Below, one piece after another: positions 43,201 to 53,213 of a stretch of DNA of 64,000 nucleotides; the first letter of the stretch is position 1; each line of letters opens with the position of its first letter. Origin of the DNA: Candidatus Oxydemutatoraceae bacterium (lineage in GTDB: Bacteria; Pseudomonadota; Gammaproteobacteria; Poriferisulfidales; Oxydemutatoraceae); contig OZ244779.1 in NCBI GenBank assembly GCA_965219575.1, positions 1,100,769 through 1,164,768 of the forward strand. Reading direction: 5' to 3'. The notes beneath the pieces were generated by a model. The model saw only the letters and a list, made by a program, of their open reading frames with translations, searched no databases and was not told the DNA's origin. A program made the position numbers and the translations under genes.

Positions 43201-43725
43201 CTACGCACGCTCGTGTAATCTCGGCATCAGTTCGACCAGATTGCAAGGACGGGTTCGGTAATCCAGTTGGTGGCAGATGATTTTGTCCCACGCCTCGGCG
43301 CATGCACCGGGTGAGCCCGGCAAGCAAAAGAGGTAGGTTGCATTTGCTACACCCGCCAATGCCCGCGACTGCAAGGTTGAGGTCTTAATCGTCTGGTAGG
43401 ATAAAGCTCTGAAAGTCTCGCCGAAACCTGCAATCTCTTTATCCAGTAATACCGAAATTGCCTCGGGGGTTCCGTCTCGTCCGGTTACCCCGGTGCCGCC
43501 ACTACTGATAACGACTTGCACTTGTGCATCGGCAATCCATTGTGAGACCTGGGCGCGGATTTGATAGATATCGTCGCGCACGATTTGCTGGTCGTGAATC
43601 AGATGTCCGCCATCGGTAACCCGTTGTTTCAGCACTTGTCCCGAACGATCGTCGGCGGGCGTGCGACTATCGGAAACGGTTAATAAAGCGATATTTAGCG
43701 GTATAAAATCTCGTTCTTTGTTCAT
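43201..43725 (-). CDS. moaB: Molybdenum cofactor biosynthesis protein B
   Basis: LTVSDSRT, SGGTG.T.RD.TPEA, GFGE.FR, LPGS, PCN. Confidence 0.93.
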   Translation of the reverse strand: MNKERDFIPLNIALLTVSDSRTPADDRSGQVLKQRVTDGGHLIHDQQIVRDDIYQIRAQVSQWIADAQVQVVISSGGTGVTGRDGTPEAISVLLDKEIAGFGETFRALSYQTIKTSTLQSRALAGVANATYLFCLPGSPGACAEAWDKIICHQLDYRTRPCNLVELMPRLHERA

Positions 43726-43774
43726 GGTTCCTTTATATTTGTGTATACTATTTATTGATTTAATCGGAGGCACT

Positions 43775-44269
43775 ATGGCCGGCAATACTTCTAATGATAT
43801 AAACAAACAATTTTACAAGCAAGTTGAACTTTCGGAACAACCTTTCGATGCTTTTGAAAAAATAAAAGCATATCAAAGGCAAGTGTCGGCCGAGAAATCC
43901 GGGGCTTTATCGCTGTTCGTAGGCACGATGCGTGATTTTAATCATAATGCCGAAGTGCAGAGCATGTGGCTTGAGCATTATCCAGAGATGACGCATAAAT
44001 ATATTACCGCGCAGTTGGATGAAGTTCATAGCCGCTATCAAGTCAACGATATTCGTATTGTGCATCGCGTCGGTGTGGTATATCCAGGAGACACCATCGT
44101 GGTTGTTGCGGTTTGGGCGGCGCACCGTAGCGATGCGATTGCGGCAAATCACTATCTCGTCGAACAGCTAAAATCCAAAGCACCTTTTTGGAAGAAAGAA
44201 AAGTTCAAAGATCAAAGCACGCACTGGGTTGCAGTCAATACGCCGGGTGCGAGTATACCCTCATACTAA
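43775..44269 (+). CDS. moaE: Molybdopterin synthase catalytic subunit
   Basis: F.GT.RD, LEHYP.M, HRVG, AHR, LK..APFWKKE; GGAGG SD. Confidence 0.93.
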   Translation: MAGNTSNDINKQFYKQVELSEQPFDAFEKIKAYQRQVSAEKSGALSLFVGTMRDFNHNAEVQSMWLEHYPEMTHKYITAQLDEVHSRYQVNDIRIVHRVGVVYPGDTIVVVAVWAAHRSDAIAANHYLVEQLKSKAPFWKKEKFKDQSTHWVAVNTPGASIPSY

Positions 44270-44281
44270 AGGAGCTGAAAC

Positions 44282-44866
44282 ATGAAAAACCTCAAACGAC
44301 TATTGATTATTTATTCGCTAATACTCTTTTGCTTGCCTGCCGATGCGGCGGACTGGCAATTAAACCGCGAGCGCTCGGCGATTAGTTATCTCTCTTCCAA
44401 GCAAGCGACTGTCGAGACGCCGATGATGTTTGAAAGCAACCTTTTCCGTGAATTTTCCGGAACCATAGACGGTGCACAAGTTGAACTTGTGGTGGAATTG
44501 GATAGTTTGGATACCAAGGTAGCGATTCGCGACGAGCGTGTTGCCGAACATGTATTCTTGACCAAGCAGTATCCACAGGCGACCGTATCCGCCACCATAG
44601 ACGGCATTGAACAAATAAGTTATGAGCGCAAGCAAATAGCGGCAACACTCACGATGCGTGGTCAAAGCCACGGCGTGCAAGCCGAAGTTATCATTGAGCG
44701 TAGCGATCCTCGGACACTACGCATACAAACCACCACGCCGGTTTTGGTCAATGCCAACGCTTACGGTATGCTCGATGGGTTTGCAACACTCAAGCAATTG
44801 GTCGGGTTGATGCAGATCCCGATGACCATACCGGTGAGCTTACATCTGGTATTTGAAACCAACTGA
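44282..44866 (+). CDS. YceI-like periplasmic lipid-binding protein
   Basis: Signal peptide, W.L....S, F..FSG, S.DT....RD.R, YP.A. Confidence 0.8.
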   Translation: MKNLKRLLIIYSLILFCLPADAADWQLNRERSAISYLSSKQATVETPMMFESNLFREFSGTIDGAQVELVVELDSLDTKVAIRDERVAEHVFLTKQYPQATVSATIDGIEQISYERKQIAATLTMRGQSHGVQAEVIIERSDPRTLRIQTTTPVLVNANAYGMLDGFATLKQLVGLMQIPMTIPVSLHLVFETN

Positions 44867-45345
44867 CCTATAAGCTCAATCGGCGGATACTGCATTTCGC
44901 AATGTATGCGTCAGCAATGTGTTAAGGTTCTGCACGACACTAACCGATTGCGCCAACAAATAATGGTTTCCATAAATTGGATGGATGAATGTATAAATCA
45001 TGCAGATACGACACAACCACCCCGTCAGGCTACGCCTGCCACCCCTCCGAAGGAGGGGAATTAAATTTTGCAGACCCTTAGCGACCACCCCGTCAGGCTG
45101 CGCCTGCCGCCCCTCCGAAGGAAAGGAATGTACTGGTGCACATACTTCTGCGACCACCCCATTGAAAGGCTTACATTTTGTAGACATTTCAGAGTTCTGC
45201 ACAAAGTCACGCCGATTGAACCGGTAGGTCAATCGGCGGCTCTACTCTGCCCCCACGGCTCGGCGGTTATCGTAAATTCAATGGCGCAAGCGACTGTTTG
45301 TACAGAACGGCACTCTTCAACAGCCCCGTGTATCTGCACGACATT
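44863..45345. repeat. Mosaic repeat cluster (D, C x2, D/A hybrid, B TIR)
   Basis: Same modules as the other clusters. Confidence 0.85.
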
Positions 45346-45412
45346 TTACCGCTTATCTAATATCTGCTACCGTTCATCGAAATGTTTCCCCTCACCCTAA
45401 ATATTCGCTCAC

Positions 45413-45440
45413 CCTATGAGTTTTAACTAAAACTCATAGG
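45413..45440 (+). promoter_or_regulatory. Perfect 13-bp inverted repeat overlapping the SD of the Rpn gene
   Basis: CCTATGAGTTTTA-AC-TAAAACTCATAGG; AGGAGG at 45438-45443. Confidence 0.6.
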
Positions 45441-45447
45441 AGGTTTC

Positions 45448-46389
45448 ATGAACAAAGAACAGAAAAAATATTTACCACTGACCAAAGACCGCGTCTTCAA
45501 ACGATACTTCTCAACTAATAAACAGGTACTGCTCTCGCTGATCAAGAGCTTTCTGCCGATCTCCGATAGTGCCTCGGATATGGTGATACTGAACCCTGGA
45601 AAAAACAACACAGAGTCCGAGTCTGCAAAGCAACCACAGAGTCAATCGGACGATAAGTTGCATCTGGAAGACAGTGTCATCCCACCGAGCACGCCGGACA
45701 GCAAGCAAGTCGTACTAGACCTCAATGTTAAATTGAATAGTGGCGAGAATGTTAGCATAGAAATGCAGGTCTATCGTGAGAAACACTTTCTGGGTAGAAT
45801 GTTGCTCTATTGGGCACAGTTGCATACGCATGTCGTAAACCGTGGACAAAAGTATAGCAAGATTAGTCCGACCTACTTGCTGGCATTCACCGACTTCACG
45901 GTATTTGGCGACACAGACGAACATATAGACCAACTAGAAATCAAATCGATTAAGCATCTGAATAAGAAACTCAAGATGGATTTAACGATAATGATAGTGG
46001 AACTAAACAAATTTAATAAGAGCTACTTAGAGCTAGTTGATATGGCTGATAGGTGGTGCTATATTATGAAACACGCAAAGGACTTGACACCCGAGCAGGT
46101 AGCGCATTTATCACAAGACGGAGAGATAAAGATGGCATTAGAGCATTTAGAGAAAGTATCGGAAGAGGAGATAGAGCTGTGGGATTCTATAGCCCACGAC
46201 AGATACAAGCTGGAATACAACTTGGAAAGGGAAGGACTGATAGAGGAAGGCATTGAACAGGGCATTGAAAAAGGTAGGGTTAAAGAGGCTCGAAATATCG
46301 CTTTGAATATGTTGCAAAAGGGCTATAAGGTTTTGGCAATTTCCGAAGTGACGGGTTTATCCGCTGAGGAGATTAAACGGCTCAAATAA
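45448..46389 (+). CDS. Rpn/YhgA-like PD-(D/E)XK nuclease (PDDEXK_2 family)
   Basis: D..FK..F, LD......SGE.V.IEMQ, R...YW, ELNKF, EEGIEQGIEKG, IA.NML..G....I.EVTGLS.EEI. Confidence 0.88.
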   Translation: MNKEQKKYLPLTKDRVFKRYFSTNKQVLLSLIKSFLPISDSASDMVILNPGKNNTESESAKQPQSQSDDKLHLEDSVIPPSTPDSKQVVLDLNVKLNSGENVSIEMQVYREKHFLGRMLLYWAQLHTHVVNRGQKYSKISPTYLLAFTDFTVFGDTDEHIDQLEIKSIKHLNKKLKMDLTIMIVELNKFNKSYLELVDMADRWCYIMKHAKDLTPEQVAHLSQDGEIKMALEHLEKVSEEEIELWDSIAHDRYKLEYNLEREGLIEEGIEQGIEKGRVKEARNIALNMLQKGYKVLAISEVTGLSAEEIKRLK

Positions 46390-46429
46390 CAACGCAAAGT
46401 CGCTGTTCTTATACATTGTGTCGGCACAT

Positions 46430-46777
46430 GAGACTGTGAAAAAGTATCGTCAGCGTGCAGCCGCAACCGCTTGCGCCATTTGGTTTTGGTTTCCATAAAT
46501 CAGATGAATGAATGTATAAATCGTCCATGCATAACGCGTTACGGGCAGAACAGAGCCGCCGATTGAGCCAGTAGGTCAATCGGCAATTTAATTTTAGTCC
46601 GCCCCTACGGCGGTTTGCAAATGTTCATGGCGCACAGCGATTGGGTTTGAGCAATGCCCGTACTTTTTCAACAGCCCCCTTTAGCGACCACCCCATGGAA
46701 AGGCTTTACATTTTGTACTATGTATTAAGTTCTGCACAGTGTTACGCCGATTGACTTACCGGTTCAATGGCGGTTCT
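46430..46777. repeat. Mosaic repeat cluster
   Basis: B-like ends, D-filled REP-A at about 46543-46608, D variant at about 46746-46777. Confidence 0.85.
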
Positions 46778-46778
46778 G

Positions 46779-48041
46779 TCATATTAAAGCTTCAAAAGGA
46801 ATCACGGTGACCGTGTCGCCCGCCGCCACCCTCGAGGTGTCTTGTGCCAGCACGATAAAGCAGTTGGCTTTGCTGAGCGAGCTCAATATGCCCGAACCCT
46901 GAGAACCGGTCGTGCTTACTTGCAGATCGCCGTTGTCGCAGACATTGAGTATGCCTCGCTGATATTCGGTTCTGCCGGGTCGTTTGCGCAAATCGCCGAG
47001 CGTCGTCGCTTTTACTTCGAGGGGCTTGTGTTCGTTTTCTCCGCTCATTTTTTTTAGTGCCGGTTGTACGAAGATATAAAAAGTCGTCATCACCGATACC
47101 GGATTACCGGGCAAACCGAAATAGAGTTTTTCGCCTATGCTTCCGAAAGCGAGCGGACGACCGGGCTTCATGGCGATTTTCCAAAAGTTTATTTTTCCCA
47201 CCGCCTCGAACACCGATTTGGAATAATCGGCTTCGCCGACCGATACGCCGCCGCTGGTGATAACCACATCGTGATTTGATGCAGCGGTCTCGAAGGCGGT
47301 TCTCAAAGACTCGGGTTGATCGCCGACGATACCCAAGTCGGTGACTTCCACATCGAGTCGTTTGAGCATCGCAAATAGCGTGTAGCGATTGCTGTCGTAT
47401 ATTTCGCCTTTCTCCAGCGGACTTCCGACCGTGCGCAATTCATCGCCGGTCGAGAAAAAGCAGACTTTGAGGCGACGATAGACTTTGAGTTGTGCGATGC
47501 CCAGAGATGCCGCCAAACCTATATCGGCGGCATTCAGCTTTCTGCCTCGCTTCAAGACAATGTTGCCGACGGCAATATCTTCGCCGGCGCGCCGTACATT
47601 TTGCGCCTTGCGATGCAGCTTGCCGTCGGTCACTATCGTATCGCTGTCTTTAATCGTATGCTCCTGTATCACCACGGTATCCGCACCTTCGGGTATTACT
47701 CCGCCGGTCATAATGCGTATCGTCTCGCACCGCCCGAGCGATTTTCGCGAAGGGTGTCCGGCGAACGCGGTATCTATGACTTTGAACGAAGTGTTGCCGT
47801 CGTCTTTGAGGTCGGCAAAGCGTATCGCATAACCGTCCATTGCCGAGTTGTCGTGTCCGGGCACATCGATAGACGACTTCAAGTTTTCGGCAAGGACTCG
47901 ATGCAGTGCATTTTTCAATGCGACTTGTTCGTAATCTTTTATCGGTGCGGCACTTGCTTTGATCGTATGCAGTGCTACATCTACGCTTAAACTTTCGGGG
48001 TCGTAATCGTCGGCACAGCTGGGGGCGGTCTGGATAGTCAT
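46779..48041 (-). CDS. moeA: Molybdopterin molybdotransferase
   Basis: SAMDGYA, RIMTG, STGDEL, SGGVSVG, KPGRP, GLPGNPVS. Confidence 0.96.
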   Translation of the reverse strand: MTIQTAPSCADDYDPESLSVDVALHTIKASAAPIKDYEQVALKNALHRVLAENLKSSIDVPGHDNSAMDGYAIRFADLKDDGNTSFKVIDTAFAGHPSRKSLGRCETIRIMTGGVIPEGADTVVIQEHTIKDSDTIVTDGKLHRKAQNVRRAGEDIAVGNIVLKRGRKLNAADIGLAASLGIAQLKVYRRLKVCFFSTGDELRTVGSPLEKGEIYDSNRYTLFAMLKRLDVEVTDLGIVGDQPESLRTAFETAASNHDVVITSGGVSVGEADYSKSVFEAVGKINFWKIAMKPGRPLAFGSIGEKLYFGLPGNPVSVMTTFYIFVQPALKKMSGENEHKPLEVKATTLGDLRKRPGRTEYQRGILNVCDNGDLQVSTTGSQGSGILSSLSKANCFIVLAQDTSRVAAGDTVTVIPFEALI

Positions 48042-48541
48042 CGTTTTTTAAGCATTACATAAGCTGCCCCGTCGCCACCGTCCTTGGGCATTGCGAACTC
48101 GTAGGCGAGTATTTCCGGGCTGGCAATCATATACGAGCAGATTATTTTTTTAAGCACCGGTCCTTCTTGCGAGGATAAACCCTTGCCGAAGATAACCAAA
48201 AAGTACGGTATTCCCTCGCTTCGACATTGCTTGATATGGTCATTCAATTCCTCAACCGCAGGTTCTTTGTTATAACCGTGCAGGTCTATACATGATTTTA
48301 TTTTGCCGAAATGGTTTCTAAAACGACGCAGGCTCGCACTATTGGTGCCGGCACTTTTATATGATTTAGGCACCGGATCGATGGTGTCAAAAGAAATATT
48401 TTCTATATAATGAGTATTCTGCACAGCTTGTCGTTGTTCCGGGGTAGCGTGGGAGGCGTGCCTCGGTGTATCGCAAGCGAGTGTGTTTTTAGAACTTTCG
48501 AATAATTCGCTGAAGTTTAATTCTTTATCGGGCATGGTCAT
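48038..48541 (-). CDS. Smr/MutS2 C-terminal domain protein
   Basis: IDLHG, I.GKG..S, LK, GG.GA.YV.L. Confidence 0.85.
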   Translation of the reverse strand: MTMPDKELNFSELFESSKNTLACDTPRHASHATPEQRQAVQNTHYIENISFDTIDPVPKSYKSAGTNSASLRRFRNHFGKIKSCIDLHGYNKEPAVEELNDHIKQCRSEGIPYFLVIFGKGLSSQEGPVLKKIICSYMIASPEILAYEFAMPKDGGDGAAYVMLKKR

Positions 48542-48777
48542 TCAGATTTTATAACAAGTTCGGGAATTATATAAATAACTTAACAAAGAAAAGATAAAAT
48601 ACCCTAATGAAAGCTCACAGAACAATTCGCAAACATATTGGCGGCTGGGAATACCGCAACCGGGCGTGGAGGTGGCGGGGTTGCCCGACCTGTGAAGCGT
48701 CAAAAAGATAAGGTAGTGAGACAAGCTAAAAAGTCTGTCAATTTATCTATATAATTCCGACAAGTTTAAGATTTTAT

Positions 48778-49527
48778 ATGCATATTTTAATTAGCAACGA
48801 CGACGGCTATTTGAGCCCCGGCACTAAATTACTCTTTGAAGCATTAGCCGAATTCATGCAAGTGACCGCAGTCACACCGACCCGCAATCGTTCTGCGGCG
48901 AGCAACTCTTTGACCTTGGATCGCCCTTTGCGCGTTTATAACATCGGCAAAAACTACTATGCGGTAGACGGCACACCCACCGATTGCGTACATCTTGCGC
49001 TCACCGGATTACTCAAAGATGTTGCCCCCGATGTAGTGATATCGGGCATCAACCACGGACCCAATTTAGGCGACGATGTGCTGTATTCGGGAACCGTCGC
49101 CGCAGCGATGGAAGGGCGTTTTTTGGGTTTGCCGGCGATCGCAATATCGGCGAACAACACACAACCCAAATATGTGAGCGATGCGGTTCGTACTGCGTGC
49201 GACCTGATTAAACGTCTATTAAAAGACCCCGTGCCTGCCAAAATACTCAACATCAATATACCCGACCTGCCTTACGAACGGATCGAAGGCATCGAAATTA
49301 CCCGCTTAGGCTCGCGCCACAAGGCGGAACCGGTGATAAAGACCAACGACCCTAAGGGAAACCCTATTTACTGGGTCGGTTCCGCAGGCAGCGAACAAGA
49401 CGCCGGACCGGGTACCGATTTTCATGCCGTCAATCACAACCGTGTTTCTATAACACCCCTGGATGTGGATTTGACGCACCATCAATTACTCGACGAGATG
49501 CGCCGCTCGTGGAGTAATACAAAATAG
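48778..49527 (+). CDS. surE: 5'/3'-nucleotidase SurE
   Basis: ISNDDG, GTPTDCV, SGIN.G.NLG.DV.YSGTVAAA.EG. Confidence 0.97.
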   Translation: MHILISNDDGYLSPGTKLLFEALAEFMQVTAVTPTRNRSAASNSLTLDRPLRVYNIGKNYYAVDGTPTDCVHLALTGLLKDVAPDVVISGINHGPNLGDDVLYSGTVAAAMEGRFLGLPAIAISANNTQPKYVSDAVRTACDLIKRLLKDPVPAKILNINIPDLPYERIEGIEITRLGSRHKAEPVIKTNDPKGNPIYWVGSAGSEQDAGPGTDFHAVNHNRVSITPLDVDLTHHQLLDEMRRSWSNTK

Positions 49528-49529
49528 CA

Positions 49530-50186
49530 ATGCACTCTGTTTCTAAAGCACCCGCTAAAGCGTCCGCCTATGCCAAACAGGAATTGATACGCAGTCTGCG
49601 CAACAAAGGCATAAGCGATGAGCGTGTATTGGCAGCGATGCACAATGTGCCGCGCCACCTATTTATCGGAAAGGAATACGCACATCTCGCGTACGAGGAT
49701 CAATCGCTGCCTATAGACCATCGGCAAACGATTTCTCAACCTTATGTCGTTGCCTATATGACGCAGACACTGATGGCACAAGATATAGACACGGTGTTGG
49801 AAATAGGCACCGGTTCCGGTTATCAAACTGCCGTTTTGGCGCAACTGATTCCACGGGTATTCACGGTAGAGAGAATTTCCGCGCTCACACGCGGTGCGCG
49901 TGCTTTATTGAAAAAGCTAGGCTATAAGAACATTCACTTTAGAACCAGTGACGGCGGTTCGGGGTGGAAGCAATTCGCACCGTACCAAGCGATTATCGTG
50001 ACCGCAGCCGCAACCTCGGTACCGGAAAAACTATACCTGCAACTTGCTCCCAAAGGTCGGATGGTTATTCCTTTGGGCAGCGAAGGTAGCACGCAACAAC
50101 TGACTTTGGTGACACCGACAATACGCGGCCCGAAATTAAAATCCTTGCTCGCCGTAAAATTCGTACCTTTGATACAAAAACAATAG
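49530..50186 (+). CDS. pcm: Protein-L-isoaspartate O-methyltransferase
   Basis: VPRHLF, QTISQPY, LEIGTGSGYQ, FVPL. Confidence 0.96.
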   Translation: MHSVSKAPAKASAYAKQELIRSLRNKGISDERVLAAMHNVPRHLFIGKEYAHLAYEDQSLPIDHRQTISQPYVVAYMTQTLMAQDIDTVLEIGTGSGYQTAVLAQLIPRVFTVERISALTRGARALLKKLGYKNIHFRTSDGGSGWKQFAPYQAIIVTAAATSVPEKLYLQLAPKGRMVIPLGSEGSTQQLTLVTPTIRGPKLKSLLAVKFVPLIQKQ

Positions 50187-50221
50187 TCAAACCTATGAGT
50201 CCATATCAATGCATACAAAAA

Positions 50222-50575
50222 ACTGTAGGGGCGGACTTATATGTCCGCCCTTAAGTGCCGTTCTGCACAGCCGTAACCGCTTGCGCCATTTGGTTTTGGT
50301 TTCTATAAATCGAGTGAATGAATGTATAAATCGTGTAGATACGATGGGGCTGTTGAAAATGTGCGGACATCGCACAAATCTAACCGCTGTGCGCCAACAA
50401 ATAATGGTTTCCATAAATTGGATGGATGAATGTATAAACATAGTACAGATACGACACAACCACCCCGTCAGGCTTCGCCTGCCACCCCTCCGAAGGAGGG
50501 GAATGTACTGCCCCTCAGGTTCGTGGATACTTTTTCAACAGCCCCGGCGTATCTGCACAGGTAGGGTGTCGGTCT
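50222..50575. repeat. Mosaic repeat cluster between pcm and yqaA
   Basis: REP-A at 50225, B TIRs at 50346 and 50545, C unit at about 50458-50504. Confidence 0.88.
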
Positions 50576-50589
50576 AAAACAATGAACGA

Positions 50590-51165
50590 ATGATATTCGC
50601 AAAGCTATACCGAAAAACAATTTCGTGGGCGCAACGTCCGAATGCACTCAAATATCTATACGGGTGGAGTGTTGCCGAATCGGTTTTTTTCCCGATACCG
50701 ACGGAGGCATTGATGATACCTATCTGCGCAACGCAAGCGAACAATGCTCTACGGATTGCATTTTGGGTCACAGTAACTTCGGTTGTCGGTGGTTTGATTG
50801 GTTATGCGATAGGTTATTTTTTGTTCAACGAGATAGAACCTTGGATAAGAACAGCCGGCTATTACACCGCATATCAGCAATCGGTTGAATTGTTTGACGA
50901 GTGGGGCGCATGGATTATTTTGGTTGCGGCGTTTAGCCCGATCCCTTATAAGCTGTTCACGATTAGTGCCGGCGTATTAAGCCAAAGCCTGCCGATTTTC
51001 ATAATTGCTTCGCTAATCGGCAGAGGCGCGCGCTATTTTCTGGTCGCATTATTGTTGCGCTACGCCGGTCCGAAGATCGTGCCTTATTTGGAACAACGCA
51101 TCGAACTCTTAGGCTGGGCAACCGTAGTGATTTTAGCGGTTATAATTTATATCTATTATGTTTAA
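50590..51165 (+). CDS. yqaA: YqaA/DedA family membrane protein
   Basis: AES.FFPIP, SV.GG..GY.IG, FSPIPYK.FTI, GRG.RYF. Confidence 0.88.
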   Translation: MIFAKLYRKTISWAQRPNALKYLYGWSVAESVFFPIPTEALMIPICATQANNALRIAFWVTVTSVVGGLIGYAIGYFLFNEIEPWIRTAGYYTAYQQSVELFDEWGAWIILVAAFSPIPYKLFTISAGVLSQSLPIFIIASLIGRGARYFLVALLLRYAGPKIVPYLEQRIELLGWATVVILAVIIYIYYV

Positions 51166-52009
51166 CACCGAGCCTATACTAAAACTTTGCGCGATGTTGT
51201 TTGCGATAGCCGTACTGTCGGCTTGTGCTACTACTCAAGAGTACTGGACAGGCGATGATAAAGTCGCCTCATCTCCTAAAACCTACACAGTCGACAAAGG
51301 CGATACGCTGTATAGCATCGCTTGGCTTTACGAACTCGATTATCGCCGACTGGCGCAATGGAACGACATCAAGGCACCGAATTATTTGATCTATCCCGGA
51401 CAGCAGTTACGGTTGGACATCCCCGAACCGGCGACCGAACCCGAAGATGAACCCGAATCCGAACCCGAAGCCAAGCAAACAGCCGCAAAGACGATCCGTC
51501 TTTCGGAGTGGCAGTGGCCGTTGAATAAGCCCGAAGTGAAAGCGTTGCCTCGCTCCAACGCACTATTGATGAAAGGTAAACCTTCCGAAGCCGTGCGTGC
51601 AACCGCCGCCGGCATCGTCGTTTATAGTGGTTTTAATTTGAAACATTACGACGGTTTGATTATCATAAAGCACGACGGCGACATCTTCAGCGTCTACGGG
51701 AATAACGAAGCACTTCTGGTAGTAGAGAAAGAACGGGTTGCCGTCGGACAAGAGATTGCGCGGCTGCCGGCATCGCAAGCCGACGCAAATCTGTATTTTG
51801 AAATTAAACATCGCAATAAATCCTTAAAAGCGGTCAATTATTTACCAGCCTTGAAAATAGGGCTGTTAGAAAAGTATTTCATGCATCGTAGAGGCGGGCG
51901 GACATATAAGTCCGCCCCTACAGGTGGTTTGGGTAATTATGTGGCGCACAGCGATTGGATTTTTGCGACGCCTGCATTTTTTCAACAGCCTAAAATATCG
52001 ACTCGTTGA
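51158..52009 (+). CDS. nlpD: NlpD-like lipoprotein (LysM + degenerate M23) with an in-frame 46-aa MITE insert
   Basis: LSAC lipobox, YTV.KGDTLYSIA, W.WP, IIIKH, LYFEI; surE-pcm-yqaA synteny. Confidence 0.85.
   Translation: MFNTEPILKLCAMLFAIAVLSACATTQEYWTGDDKVASSPKTYTVDKGDTLYSIAWLYELDYRRLAQWNDIKAPNYLIYPGQQLRLDIPEPATEPEDEPESEPEAKQTAAKTIRLSEWQWPLNKPEVKALPRSNALLMKGKPSEAVRATAAGIVVYSGFNLKHYDGLIIIKHDGDIFSVYGNNEALLVVEKERVAVGQEIARLPASQADANLYFEIKHRNKSLKAVNYLPALKIGLLEKYFMHRRGGRTYKSAPTGGLGNYVAHSDWIFATPAFFQQPKISTR
51859..51991. mobile_element. B-MITE inside nlpD, TSD AAAAT
   Basis: AAAAT at 51854-51858 and 51992-51996; ends AGGGCTGTT...AACAGCCT; one internal REP-A. Confidence 0.8.
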
Positions 52010-52012
52010 ACT

Positions 52013-53185
52013 ATGCCAACCGAAGAATTTCATAGAATACAACGGCTACCGCCGTATGTTTTCAATATCGTCAACGAATTGAAGCAAGCCGAGCGGGCGC
52101 GCGGAGAGGATGTTATCGATTTAGGCATGGGCAACCCCGACCAACCCGCACCGCAGCATGTGGTCGATAAGCTGATAGAAACCTGCAGCCGCAAGGATAC
52201 CCACCGTTATTCCATGTCCAGAGGTATTCCCAGATTACGTTCTGCGATATGCAACTGGTATCAGCGCAAATACGATGTGGTGTTGGATCCCGAAAGCGAA
52301 GCAATCGTCACCATAGGTTCCAAAGACGGCTTGGCACATCTTGCGTTGGCGGTGTTGGGTCCCGGTGATTGCGTGCTGGTGCCTACGCCGGCGTATCCTA
52401 TACATCCGTACGGCTGTGTGATTGCCGGTGCCGATGTGCAGTACCTTGCGTTGAGCGACAGTGAAAGTTTCTTCGACGGCTTGCAACAGGCGATACAAAA
52501 TAGCTGGCCGCGTCCCAAGCTACTGCTCCTCAATTTTCCATGCAACCCGACGACGCAGTGCGTGTCGCTTGATTTTTTTGAAAAAGCGGTGGCAATCGCG
52601 CGCGAACACGATATGTGGATAATCAACGACAACGCATACGCCGAGATCGTCTTTGACGGCTACCGAGCACCTTCTCTACTGCAGGTCCCGGGTGCCACCG
52701 ACATCGGTGCGGAGTTCTATTCTTTATCGAAGACCTATAATATGCCGGGCTGGCGAGTCGGTTTTATGTGCGGCAACCGCACCCTAGTACAGGCTTTGGC
52801 GAGGATCAAGTCCTATTTGGACTACGGGTTGTTCACACCGATACAGGTTGCTGCGATTTGTGCGTTGGAAAGCTCCCAAGCGTGTGTTGCCGAAACCGTG
52901 GCACTCTATCAGGGCCGTCGTGATGTATTATGCGAAGGTTTGGATAAAATAGGGTGGCATTTTGAAAAACCCGAAGCGACGATGTTTGTCTGGGCACCGG
53001 TGCCGGCAGCCTACGCCGACAAAGGTTCGCTGGAGTTTTCAAAGTTGCTGTTGAAAGAAGCGAAAGTCGCAGTGTCGCCGGGTATCGGTTTCGGCAAGAA
53101 CGGCGACTCGCATATACGCTTTAGCCTGATAGAGAATAAACAGCGTATCAGGCAAGCGGTCAGAAATATCAAAAGGATATTGTAA
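52013..53185 (+). CDS. alaC: Alanine transaminase AlaC (class I PLP aminotransferase)
   Basis: [38 protein letters not shown]; upstream of hom-thrC. Confidence 0.9.
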   Translation: MPTEEFHRIQRLPPYVFNIVNELKQAERARGEDVIDLGMGNPDQPAPQHVVDKLIETCSRKDTHRYSMSRGIPRLRSAICNWYQRKYDVVLDPESEAIVTIGSKDGLAHLALAVLGPGDCVLVPTPAYPIHPYGCVIAGADVQYLALSDSESFFDGLQQAIQNSWPRPKLLLLNFPCNPTTQCVSLDFFEKAVAIAREHDMWIINDNAYAEIVFDGYRAPSLLQVPGATDIGAEFYSLSKTYNMPGWRVGFMCGNRTLVQALARIKSYLDYGLFTPIQVAAICALESSQACVAETVALYQGRRDVLCEGLDKIGWHFEKPEATMFVWAPVPAAYADKGSLEFSKLLLKEAKVAVSPGIGFGKNGDSHIRFSLIENKQRIRQAVRNIKRIL

Positions 53186-53213
53186 CGAACACGAGACTAA
53201 AGAAGCAAAACAT

